A stretch of DNA of 64,000 bases from Chrysomallon squamiferum. Lineage: Eukaryota; Animalia; Mollusca. The notes under the pieces are model-generated. The model had not been told where the DNA came from. It worked only from the letters and a program-made list of their open reading frames with translations, and made no database searches. Location of the stretch: positions 806,001 to 870,000 of the forward strand of contig CM022665.1 of NCBI GenBank assembly GCA_012295275.1. Direction: 5' to 3'. A program made the translations under genes and the position numbers. How positions within the stretch are numbered: position 1 is the stretch's first letter; every line of letters begins with the position of its first letter. Positions 26,071 through 38,309 of the stretch are shown in pieces.

Positions 26071-29000
26071 TGATTAGTTTAAAGAATTATATATATATAT
26101 ATACCCACCTATTTGGGGTTTTGGGGTTTTTTTTAATATTATATAATCTTTATTTTAAACTTTTGTATCATTTTGAAATACATTATTTCTTCTGTTTTAT
26201 TTACTTGTTTATTTATAATACAGTCGCATAAATCACAGACTCATAACATATATAAATAAAATAAAATGAACCTAGCCTGACCAGTTCATTGTATTGTATT
26301 AAAGAGACATTATATAATAAAAACAAAACTAAATAAAAATTAAATATCCCTTATATACGTTACACAATAAATACTAGACAAAACTACAGTACACTAAATA
26401 AGTAAAACAAGAACAATGTAGAAATATAAACAATAATAACAAAAAATAAATAAATATAAAAATCCCGATACTTTAATTTTACTTCACAGTGACTGGTTTC
26501 TTGAAAGAAAAAACAAAACAACTAAAGAAACAAAAATGCCTGACGGATTAAATTGTATAAACCTCAATTAATTTTAATTGTTAGAATATTAGTACCTGTA
26601 AGTTAAAAATAAGAAAAATAAAAAATGTATGTGTTATGCACTCAGACGTTACCAAAAATAAGTAACAGTTGAATAGAAAAACCAAATCCGTTTTGCTGGA
26701 ACAAAAGGTCGTGTTGTGAACCTATCACGGAGTTCGATTCAGTGATCGGTTTAACACAAAAGATGATGTTAATATCTTAAAGCGCATCGACTCGACAGAA
26801 AGCTTCCCCGATGGCCTCCCTAAATACTGGTGGATTACCACGAGCAGACTGGCAATATCCGATTACAGATTAACAGAAACTTTGGAAGTCTTAATAGAAG
26901 GCGACCTTGCCATAGCTTACTCGATCTTGTTTATTGGACACCGTTTCGTAAAGATGGTGTCTTAATATTTTCCCTACTTTTCGAGCCGAGGACTTCCAGA
27001 GTGTTTGGCTGAACGACAACATGCGATAGACACCGGCGGACTTATATAGATAAACTTTTTTTTTGCAGTTTGTTGAATCATTGACATTTTTTGAATATGG
27101 ACAAGAAACTGACAGGTACGTACGTAAAATAGAAAATTACGTCAATCAACCTGAATCATATAACTGGAATGTATCTTATGTCTGCGCTTTCGTGGTTATG
27201 CATCAATTTACAAACTGAAAATAAATACGAAAAAAGACAGAAAATAGCGCGATCACAGAGTGTGAATCTTAAACGTTTTTCCCAATTTTCCTCATTTTCT
27301 TTTTCTTTAAAAAAAAAAAAAAAAAAAAAAAATAGAAAACGAAATCGTATTACCTTTTTATTCATATCTGAATCATATTTATTGTACTTTGTTTGTCGTG
27401 AATGTAAATTGTAACTACTTATTTATTTTTAACTTATATAAAAATTAATGGTAGGAGTTAAAGTAATAATCAAACAAATAATCAAAAACAGGTGCAGTGA
27501 AAAGAGCCAGTGTTTCAGTAATCTGCATTCTTAGTTTTATCTGTCATGCTTGGATGACTGTTAGAGGTGGTAATGAATCATATATTATAAAATAACACTT
27601 TTTCCCTATAACTGAAACAGCGTAAACAATTTTTTAATAATTATGGGGCAGTTTATAAACTCGAGTGAATTTATTTATTTTATACTAATGGTTTTCTTTA
27701 TTTATTGTAATCCAAATTTAAAAAAAAAAGAAAAAAGTCATATATTATTATTCTCTGTGACTACCATGCGATACAAATTTCATAATGTATGACATACACA
27801 CTTACACATACTTACATGATACATATACACATACATATTCAAACATGCATAGATACATTCATACATACATATATACATATATACACATACTTTCATACAA
27901 AGATATACGTCTATAAAAGACAAACAAGCACTGGTCCATCCATACACAAACACATTTACTCATACATACATGCATTCCTAAAACAGACACATACGCACAC
28001 TGACGCGTACTATTAATAACGTAATTTGTAAGCCCTACCTCTAGCAATACTACATGACTCACTTAGTCCTCTGGTTATTGTACCTTGACATTTTCATCGT
28101 GATTTCATGTACCTGCGTGACGAGATATATATTACTATAGATAAAACAAGAAGACAGATGAGATAACTTTTCTGTTGTACTTTGTAAGTAGCGCACCTAG
28201 CGTTACAGTTAATTATGTTTTCATGGAAGACGTATATTTACTATTGTGTGTTTGTGTGTGTGTGTTAGTATCTGGAAAAAAGATAATTGTTAGAAAAAAA
28301 AAAAATGAATAAATAAATAAAAACAAAGAAAAAATAGAATAAAAAAAAAATTAAATGGCTTAAGAAGATTTATAACTATTACAATCTTATTTACTATTAC
28401 TATACTATTATGATTATTATTATTATTATATCTATGTAAGAGGTGATTTGTTTGTTTTTTTCACTTTTCATGTTTTAAATATTTTTCTGTCCTCATCCCC
28501 TACCATTTATATATATATATATATATATATAAGCGCTTTAAATACTTTTATTATATATTAAATATTTTACTACGACCACTACTATTACAACGATGATGAC
28601 GACTACTGTTGCTGCTACTACTGTTATTAATACTACTGTATTTACTACTACTCCAGTTATAATAATAATTATGCAACATCGACCACTTCCACCAGTAGTA
28701 GCTGCTGCTAAAAAGAATAAAAGTCAAACTAAACTCTGAATCATTACAGTTACAGCATAATTATGAGAACCGTCAGACAGAAGTATCTGCTGAACACTGT
28801 TAAAGTAGGTCACGAATTTAGCAAACAATAACTAGCAGTCACACGTGCCGAGATGGTCGCTCGACAAACGAAGCAATTTAACGCCTGAATTTTCACAAAA
28901 GAAGACCACTCTAAGCGTATACACTAGAAAAACAACTGAACAACATTTCATACGGCAAGCGATACCATGTTTTAGGCTGAACCAAACATTGATTCAAAAA

Positions 29001-30134
29001 GCACTATGGCTAAATTAATTTCTTTACTTAACGTATGAAGTGCTTTTCGTAGCTCGCATTTTTATTATTATTTCATTTTTTAAATATAAATTTTTATTAC
29101 ATTAAAACACAATATATATATTTTTTGGTATATTTATTTAAAAAATCATCAGTACATATTATATGATGAATTATGCTTCGGTAACCCGTGCATGTTTGTT
29201 ATTTGTTTCTTCTTTGGCTTTCTTATATAAATTGTAACCTTATATAAATTAGATCAAAAAGATATTTTCAGGTTTTTTTCTGTGAAGTATAATTTCTAGT
29301 GGATATCAAAGTCTTTTTCACCTTATTTGGATATGGACAGATAAAATTTCGTTATATAATCTGTAATATATTTGTTTCTCTAACAAGACTTATTTAAGAA
29401 AAGAAAAATATATAACAAGTGGATGAGTTACGTACTTGTTACCCCACTGATTCTGGAGATTATCAGATAACATGTTCTTATATTTCCTTCAAATCTGCTC
29501 ATTGTTTTAAGGGATTTATGAGTTGAGCTTAAAGTAGGAAGGTTTTTGTATTAAAGCAGGTGGTTGCATGTAACCTATCAGTAACGACATGTCACGTAAT
29601 TTGTTTTAAAAAAACCTTGTTATTTTTATTTTTATTTTTTTCTTCTCTACATTTTGTCTCTCTATTCAGTAATTTATTCATTCATCACAGAGATTTGTAT
29701 TTATAATGCTGGTTTGTTCAACAGTTAACACGTGATCAGTACTGCATCTGTGAGTATTTTGTTTTTGTAGGTGATTCGTAAGAGTGTGTTTCTGTTGGGC
29801 TGATGACGCTATCAAGAAAAAGAAACAACAGCAAAAAAAACCCACAAATAAACAAACATACCAAAAAAAAAAAATAATAATAATAAAAAAAAATTCCAAA
29901 AACAAACGCAACAAACAAACAAACAAAAGAAATAATAATAAATTTAGAAAATAATCATCAGCTTTAAAAAAAGTTCAATTATTGTTATTTTTTTTTTAAT
30001 TGTATATGTTATTATAAAAATTGTAACCAATGTTCGGTGGTTGAACAGTGGTTGAGGTTTTTTCTTAGTCTAATATGGATTTTTTTTTTATTTGATCCCT
30101 TGCTAACGAGTAATACATCGAGTTTCAACATCAG

Positions 30135-30230
<96 letters not shown>

Positions 30231-31609
30231 TAAAGTAATTAACATAATTTAATACTCATGTAACATTATATAACAAAATGAGGGTGGATTGAGAAAGAGA
30301 CACACCTTGATGTTATATATTTCCACTTCCTAGATGTAAAGAGAACAATCGCAAATGTCAGTTTATAATCATGGTTAATGTATATGCAAGTGAGCTAGCT
30401 GCACATGGCCATGCCATAAGTTCACTCGAATCTGTGACATACTACAATTTGTGTTTCAGATTTCAGGCAGAAACCAGCTCTGCTTGCAAACTGAAAGAAA
30501 TATACAAATATATTTAGTGTAAATCTATCTCATGTCTATCTTATTAAAGGGTTTTGCATGCAAATGCAGTGTGTACCAAGGCGTAATTGTAATTAATTTA
30601 TCGTTACATACCAGTAAACACCAAATACGATTTAAAAACATATTTTGTATCTAAATCTAAGTTAATAAATTATCTCGTTTCGTGATTGGAAATATAAGAT
30701 CAGTGTGAAGAAGTCGGAACAAAGCCGTGAGTATTAGCGACGCAATTGTACACCTTGTTCCATTCTGCGTAAAATAAGAATTACAGACCGAGATGGCTTA
30801 TTTTTGAAACATTATAATACATTTAGTTATTCGCACACCATATTTCTGCACGAAAAGATATACTTATAATAAGCCAACTACTCGTGTAGCTTATTGATTG
30901 TTGATAGTCACCACTAGATGTTTGTGTTAAAGTTACGAGTAATTCATGACGGAACTTAGAGCAGCTCTATTAAATGTATTTTTATATTGAAAAAATAAAC
31001 ACTCAAATGAAACGTCATTTCCAGATCTGTGGATTTTAACTAAACTGATTAAAGAATTCAGTGAAACATTTAATGACGAGATCAGGCATTTTGCCAGTGC
31101 AGATCATAATAGATATTTGGCTAGTTGTCAGAACTCTGTGATTTATTTGCTAAGTGACTGTTTTGACTACTGACAAACTGTTACATGTTTGTGTACAGGT
31201 TTGCCATGACTTAATTTGATGGAGAATTTAATAACAGTCACTGAAATCTGGGTTGTCAGTTATTTTGCCAATCAACGACGTTAACTGAATTTATTATTAG
31301 CACATTCAGCCAATATATTCTGTGTTATCTTCACTAGTTCAACGAACAAAGTACAGTATTAATGTTTAACGAAATGTCTCATTACTGTGAACGTTCGTTA
31401 ATTCATTAATAGTATCTAGTCATAATAGAACATTTCTGTAAATCTTTTTTACATATTGTTTTACATATTAGAATAACAATGAAATATATTCGAAACGTTG
31501 ATATCTTATACACAAAAGAATTTTTTTTTTTTTTTTTTTTTTTTAGTTTCTATTGCTGTTAAAAAATAAAGAGGTTAAAAGATACTGAATTGTTTATATT
31601 TGCAGATTG

Positions 31610-31738
31610 ATGATCGGAAGTGTAAACAGCACTCCTCGCCGCTCTGCTGACCAGCTTTATTCCATGGTATCTAAAGATATGGAAAGTAAATTACATATCG
31701 AGCAAACGGTTAGAATAGTTAATGGTGTAGAATTTTGA
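31610..31738 (+). other. 42-codon upstream ORF abutting the 467-aa ORF
   Basis: After acceptor tttgcag (31605): ATG at 31610, MIGSVNSTPRRSADQLYSMVSKDMESKLHIEQTVRIVNGVEF, TGA at 31736-31738, one A, then the main ATG at 31740. Confidence 0.7.
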
Positions 31739-31739
31739 A

Positions 31740-33143
31740 ATGGCCCACGTCATAGATCGTCTAAGAGTAAGAGGTGTTTCTGCTACAGGAAATACCAATT
31801 TACAACCGTTTGATCACAAAAGCTTGCACATCTGCGAAAACATCCCGCCTTCGAGATCGAAAACGGACATAGACAGGAAGTGTCGTCACATCTGGAAAAC
31901 CGGCGACAACAGCAGACACGATTTAAGTGGACTGGGATTTTCGTCTGCTACTAGGCGAATGGAACACATGCAAAGAGTGCGGGCTGCTTACAACGGCCTT
32001 TCCACCATGGATTCCGCCGTTGGACCTCCGAGTGTTCAGTTCGTTCTTCAAGGAAAAAACATGAAACCAGATTCTACCTCTAATCCCAAGCTAATGATGA
32101 GCACAGGATTGACTGGAAATGACAATATATCACATAAGTCAGACAGTGGAGTATTTGTCGTCCCGAACATGAAGGTCAGAAAAGCAAAAAGTGAACCACC
32201 TGGAGATATTAACGGCAAAGACAAAAAACATGAAGACTCAAATAGTGTAATTCTTCCTTCTTTTCCTGCCACGTGTATATCTCTAGCTCCCCCATCTACT
32301 CCTATTTATTTAAATAACTACATGTCTAACAAATCTAACAGGTCGGCTTTTAGGGAGTCATTTGAAATAATGGGACACAAGGTCAGAAGCGCAGGCGCAA
32401 ATGACGAGCCCAGTATGACAGTATTTCCTGATCCAGAACCGATGACACCCAGGCCGTCAAGAAAATGGACAAGAACATTATTTAAGGAAGGTTCATCTAC
32501 TCCCATTGCTGTAAGCGCCCAGTCTTTAAACCAATGTCTGCACGTTCAACAGAGCAATAGACAACTTCACAATGACTTGGAGCAAGATGCCATCAAACTA
32601 AAACATTTTACTCAATTCGTTCGCAATGACGGCAAGATTAACTACATAAATCCGTACCGACAGGCAAAATCCAGGGAACGAAAACCTCTTGTACGCGTCT
32701 CTATCCCTAATAAATATAACTTCAGTTCCGTCAATAGCTATGTTCATTTTAACAAGATATACCCACCTAGATCCTCCAACAGTAAGATTAACGCCGTACC
32801 CCAGATGTCTGGATTTCCTGCTCACTGCACAGACACCGTTATGCTGAAAATGATGGTGGAAATGAATCGGCCAAAGCTTCAGAAGTCTCAGACGATGGAT
32901 AAGTATTCTGACATTGGTATGCAGCAGGACTTGGAGGAGTATCTCATGGTAAGGTCTCCCTCTACAGTGAGCAAGCCGCCATCGTCGTACAGCAAAAGAC
33001 AAGGTCGAGGTTTGAGTAGTAAAAGTCTGGCCAGTAATACCGAAGTTGCTGTGGAGGAAGAGGGTACATGCGTTTGGGCGGGAAATAACGTGCAAGAGGA
33101 TGTGGAAAACGTTGAAGGTCCTATTGCCATGGAAACAACATGA
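31740..33143 (+). CDS. Uncharacterized 467-aa protein (intronless CDS, Ser/Pro/Lys-rich, acidic C-terminus)
   Basis: 1404-nt non-repetitive ORF, more GC-rich than its flanks. Splice acceptor at 31605 and a candidate upstream donor (cag|gtacgt) near 27117. No domain recognised. Confidence 0.8.
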   Translation: MAHVIDRLRVRGVSATGNTNLQPFDHKSLHICENIPPSRSKTDIDRKCRHIWKTGDNSRHDLSGLGFSSATRRMEHMQRVRAAYNGLSTMDSAVGPPSVQFVLQGKNMKPDSTSNPKLMMSTGLTGNDNISHKSDSGVFVVPNMKVRKAKSEPPGDINGKDKKHEDSNSVILPSFPATCISLAPPSTPIYLNNYMSNKSNRSAFRESFEIMGHKVRSAGANDEPSMTVFPDPEPMTPRPSRKWTRTLFKEGSSTPIAVSAQSLNQCLHVQQSNRQLHNDLEQDAIKLKHFTQFVRNDGKINYINPYRQAKSRERKPLVRVSIPNKYNFSSVNSYVHFNKIYPPRSSNSKINAVPQMSGFPAHCTDTVMLKMMVEMNRPKLQKSQTMDKYSDIGMQQDLEEYLMVRSPSTVSKPPSSYSKRQGRGLSSKSLASNTEVAVEEEGTCVWAGNNVQEDVENVEGPIAMETT

Positions 33144-33256
33144 ACATTGACAGTTTCATTACCGTGAAAACCATCTGACACCTCAAGCAATAGTATTAAC
33201 AAAGAATAGTTATTTTAATTCATAGGGCTTTTAAAATGAAAAGTAATTTGTTGTAA

Positions 33257-33311
<55 letters not shown>

Positions 33312-33543
33312 CGAAGCAACTAATGTTTTAATGCACATCTGTATATTATATATACAGCAGCAGATAATAGTCTGGAGTATTACTGCATACATCTTTATGC
33401 AATTTGTTAAATAGCTAAATTGTGTTCGAAATATTTTAAAAAAAATGTTTCTTTTAGTTTGAGTCTACTGAGTTTGGGAATTAAGTATCCTGATATTCAT
33501 CAAAATTTAAAACAAACAATAATAATGCTAAACATCGCGCGCA

Positions 33544-33579
<36 letters not shown>

Positions 33580-34589
33580 ATTGTGTATACACAGCAAAAT
33601 ATGAGAACAAAAATAACGAAATACTCTGTGATATAGGTGATAATTTATTTTGGACATTCCTACTTGTTTATATGTGAGGTTTATAGACTGATAACAATTT
33701 CGATCGAAATATTCTTTTATGTATAATGATGGAAACAGCCACAGCAAAAAAAGGGTATGATACAGTACTCCATTTCGTATTTATAGTTATCAGTCCCTAA
33801 TCTCTGTATATTTTACAATTATTATATCATATTAATTCATATAACATTTTACTGTTATGTTTTCTATAGCATGTTACTGTTATTAATATTTAAAAGATCA
33901 CTCACAATACCGTTCAGTATTAGTTTCGTTGTTATTACAGCACACTCATCAAGAATTTCAGTATTATACTTCTTCATTATTATTTATAAAAACTTTCCCA
34001 ACATATCTGTATTTTAAATATATTTCATTAATATTTATATCGAACATTTTCTGTATTCCATGCGTGTGTTTTCATTTTTATCATAGAATTATGTTACTAT
34101 AAGTAATAAAATGTGTGTCACAGTGTATCCTTTTATTTATAACGCATACTGGACAAACCTGTCGCGTCTTTTTTGATTTAAATAACGGAACTGACATGGT
34201 AACAAATAACCTGAGAGATATTAAAGATTTAATTTCCTTTGCTTGGAAAGCGGTTAACTTTGAATCTGACTCTAATACAATTGTTTTCTCTATAATGGAG
34301 AAGTTACATGTAATAATTAGCAAGAAGTTATTTTATCTACGTTTTTCAAGAAACAGAAACAGCTTTAGCTAAACCACTGAAGCTCTTGTATTCTCTTATA
34401 TTGTTTCCATTCATTACATTACAGAAAAATTATTTGGACTAAAATATGTAAATCTACAGCTAGAAATATGAAAAATTAAATTTCTTTATCTCAGATAGTT
34501 CAAAGAAGAGTCATCCTTTTTATATCACGTAAGTTAGTTGTAATATGTAAACCAGACACAAAACTGCAGCAGTAGTGTAACAAATTCTA

Positions 34590-35888
34590 TCAGAACGGAA
34601 TCCTTGCAGTTTCTGTTGGTTTTCTTTGAATGTTCACTTTGGCCTGTTTCTCCGATTCTTCTTCTGATCTAGGATAAGGTCTTGTAAGTTTGTCTTTGCA
34701 GAGCGTAACACCAAACCCAGGCTTTTCTGGTAAATCAATAAATCCGTCAACAGGGAGAGGTTCATCTGGAAACAAGCCCCCAAAATACGGTGTGATTTTA
34801 TCAGCTTCTGGACTAAGAATGATAAATTCAGCTAAAGGACAATTTCTGAATGCATACTGGAGATGATATGAATATACACTAGAACCGTGAGGTATAACAA
34901 TAATATCATATGCAGATGCCATGGCAATTATTCTCCGGGCTTCTGTAATTCCACCAACCCATGTAATATCTGGTTGGATAATGTCCACACATTTAGCGCT
35001 CAGAAGTTGTTGGAAACCATATCTTGTATACTCATGTTCACCGGTTGTAAGCATAACCGAATTACCACGAAGTGATTTCCTGACTTCTTTGTAACCGTTA
35101 TAGTTATCCGGAGGAAGAAACTCTTCCATCCATTTGAATCCAAGAATTTCCTATTCTTTGGCTAATTTTATAGAATAAGAAACATTCAGTGCCATATAGC
35201 AATCCAGCATTAGCGGAAAATCAGGACCAACCTTTTCTCTCCACTGACGAAATATTTTAATATTCTCTTCAAACCCCTCATTGCCCGCTTCTGGCCCATA
35301 TGGACACGGTATTTTAGCTCCGACAAACCCAAGATTCTTGGCTAAGTCAGGACGAGCTGTTGTCGAATACACTGGAAGACGGTTTTTAGTCTTCCCTCCA
35401 AGTAGAGCATAAACTGGTTCTTTTCTGATCTTTCCTAGAAGATCCCAAAGAGCCAAATCAATGGCACTGATAGCCTGGATAGTTAATCCCTTTCTCCCAT
35501 AATTAAGAGTTGATTTGAACATCTGGTCCCAAATAAGTTCGACGTTCCTTGGATCTTGACCTTCAACAAAACGGCTCAGATGTTTTTCTATAATGAAAGC
35601 TGCAGGCTCGTCCCCGACTGTGACACCAACGCCGTAAGAACCGTCTTCTGCCTCAACTTCAGCGACTACCGTCCCAAGAATGTTAATTCCCCAAGACGTC
35701 CTGGAAACAGCGTATTCTGGGTAAACAGACATTGGATTAGCTATAGGCGCCATACTGCCGTCGATCCAGTGGTTTTTACTGACATCATGGCAGTCTGCAC
35801 CCTGGTTGCCGGAAATCGAGGCAACAGTTGTATAAGCCCGAATGGCTTTAACACGAGGGAAAGTTATGGTTTGTCTCTCAGTAGACAT
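34590..35888 (-). pseudogene. rhmD: L-rhamnonate dehydratase-like enzyme (mandelate racemase subgroup, enolase superfamily), intronless, with one in-frame TAG (nonsense allele, readthrough or assembly error)
   Basis: ORFs 35151-35981 and 34590-35129 are in the same frame: ...KLAKE*EILGFKWMEEFLPPD... Likely start ATG at 35888 (433 codons in total). RhmD/Lra3 motifs present: GADCHD, IANPMSVYPEY..SRTSWGINILGT, YGRKGL, AISAIDLALWDLLGK, LMLDCYM, WMEE, TGEHEYT, IQPDITWVGG, VIPHGSSVYSYH, PGFGV. Confidence 0.88.
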
Positions 35889-38309
35889 ACTGGTTGCTGT
35901 TTCACTGTTAAAATGTTTACACAATCCAATGTTACAATGCTTGGTAAAACAAAATACATGTATTACACCTTTAACATACAACTAAGCATACACTATATAA
36001 AGTGTTCAACACCAGTACGTATCAGCCGTCACCAGATACATGTCAATCAAGTCGATACAAAGATAATGTATTTACTAACCTACTTAATTTTATTTGTAGC
36101 TGATGTTCAAGGTGAATGTCATGCAGGTCACTAGATAAAACAGTGAAAAGTGGCAAAAACTATTTTTGGTTGTCATTTTTTATGTGTATATATGTATGTA
36201 CACACATAAACACACAGACATGGACACAAACGTGTGTGTGTATAAAAATAAAACCAAACAGGGTTTACAGGTCACAGGATAGTATTTCTTAGTGATCACC
36301 TGTTTCAGCTATTATGTGCAGCCATGTTACTGACTGTAGTTTATTTCAAGTAATCACAAGCTTAGTGTTAGGTAATTTGGAAGAAAGTAAACAGATTGTC
36401 TTACAATGTTAGTTATGAGGTTATACCAGTATACAGAGCATACACTACTGTTACATTCTTTTCCAGTTTGAGATATCCTATCAATAGAGAACAGCCACCC
36501 ATCACCTACCTATCCCTCAGTTCATAACTGACCATAGAACAAAATCAGTGATGTGAAGTATTGTGCATATCTCTGCAAACATTACAAAGAACACTGCATG
36601 AATTTAGTGAAATTACTCTTTATTCTAAATTGCAAATCCAAGATACATACATATATATATATATATATACCAAATCACCCATTTCTTTAATAGTTTTACA
36701 ATCAACTCTGCAGCTTTTTATAAAATACAATAAAAAATATCTGTTTAAATAGAAAAACAATTTAAATTTATTATAAATGTATTCATTCTGAATATGAAAA
36801 TATATACCTTATAACAATATTTTGTTTGTTAAAATTATAAAATAAACTTTTATGTTTAACTAGCAAACTGTTCAACATTCAATATTGATAAAATATCAAT
36901 AAAATTACTGAAAGGTGATGTAGCAAAAATAATTTATAGTTATCATTATTCTGGATTGTTTATCCAGTGGAAATATATTTTTAAAAAAAAGTTAAAATTT
37001 CTGGCCTTTCACAACTTTAAAATACCACAAAGCAAAACAGAATGATGGAAACAAATTAATATAATAAAATTCTAACATTAAACAGTTGTTATTTCAATTC
37101 TTCTTTTTCAAATCAGTATGTGTATGTTTTGATTCTTCCACATACTAATTTGACACACAGCAGATATTAAACAGAATGGTAAAAGACTACATAGTATCAT
37201 GATATTTTGTAAACTGCATTCTTTCTACACGTAACACTATTTATACAGGCAAAGAAAACACAGAAAGTACATCTGACTGTAAAATATGCAAATATAAACT
37301 ATTATGCATTTGTCACTGATCTGCATATTATCATAATGTGTTGTTAAGTCTTATAACTATAGACTGAAATACATGAACAAAAGAAAAAATGAATAACATT
37401 GTAATGATTGTCAATTTGTTCAACTGTTGATAAAAGATCATATTGCACAGCAACAAAATAACAGCCTCTATTTTCAACATTACTTTTCAAAACATATGAT
37501 GTAAATTTATATCAAATATTTTAATCTGATTAAAAACAAAAATATTTCAAAAGAGGAAAACAAAAACAGTAATATACTGTTCTGCTTAATACAAACTAAT
37601 TTATTCAATAAAATCAAAACTGAACTTTTCTAAAATGTTCATACCTGTTATCTGATTATGTTCTGATTATCAATAAAAACATTGTGAACATTTGTTAATT
37701 AATGGGATACAATTTCTTAGTTTGCAAATTCCACAAAATGTATACTGATTTTAAACAATTCAATTTTGTTTAAATTTTATGAATAATAATTGGCAGTTTG
37801 TAACAGAAGATGTGAGTATCCACAGGTTTTCATGAGAGGCTGCATAATTATAATATTCATAAAACTTTGTGTAAAAAGAATATATTCTTTTAAAATACTG
37901 AGTGCAAATGTAACTTGTGAATCAAATTAAATTTTAAAAAACTTTTAAATAATATATAGGAGAAATTCACAATTGTCACATTTTTGCAAAAAGTCTTTAT
38001 TCATTATTATCTTAAAAATAAAATTTAAAAACAGTTGATATTAATACTGTAACAGTGTTAAAAACCTGAATAGCAGAAGAATGAGTATAATTGATATGAT
38101 TAAAATGCATAATCTGTATAGAGCAGATAAAATAACACTTCCACCAACAAATTTAAAATCTTGGATATTATTAAATCAAGTTTAACAATTTAAACATGAA
38201 AACATATTTCATTCTTCTCCAATACAATCAAGAAATCCATTAGTTTAGCTGCCAGATGAAATTCTTGGTTAGGAATCACCACTTTCCAAGGAATGTGTTA
38301 GGAATGCCA

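Noticed and set aside
35151-35153. Pyrrolysine or selenocysteine recoding of the internal stop
   Set aside because: The codon is TAG (not the Sec codon TGA), pyrrolysine is not known in animals, and the position is a non-catalytic Leu in homologs.
35556-36134. 192-aa plus-strand ORF
   Set aside because: Antisense overlap of the dehydratase with no motif; likewise the antisense ORFs inside 12544-14202 and 31740-33143.
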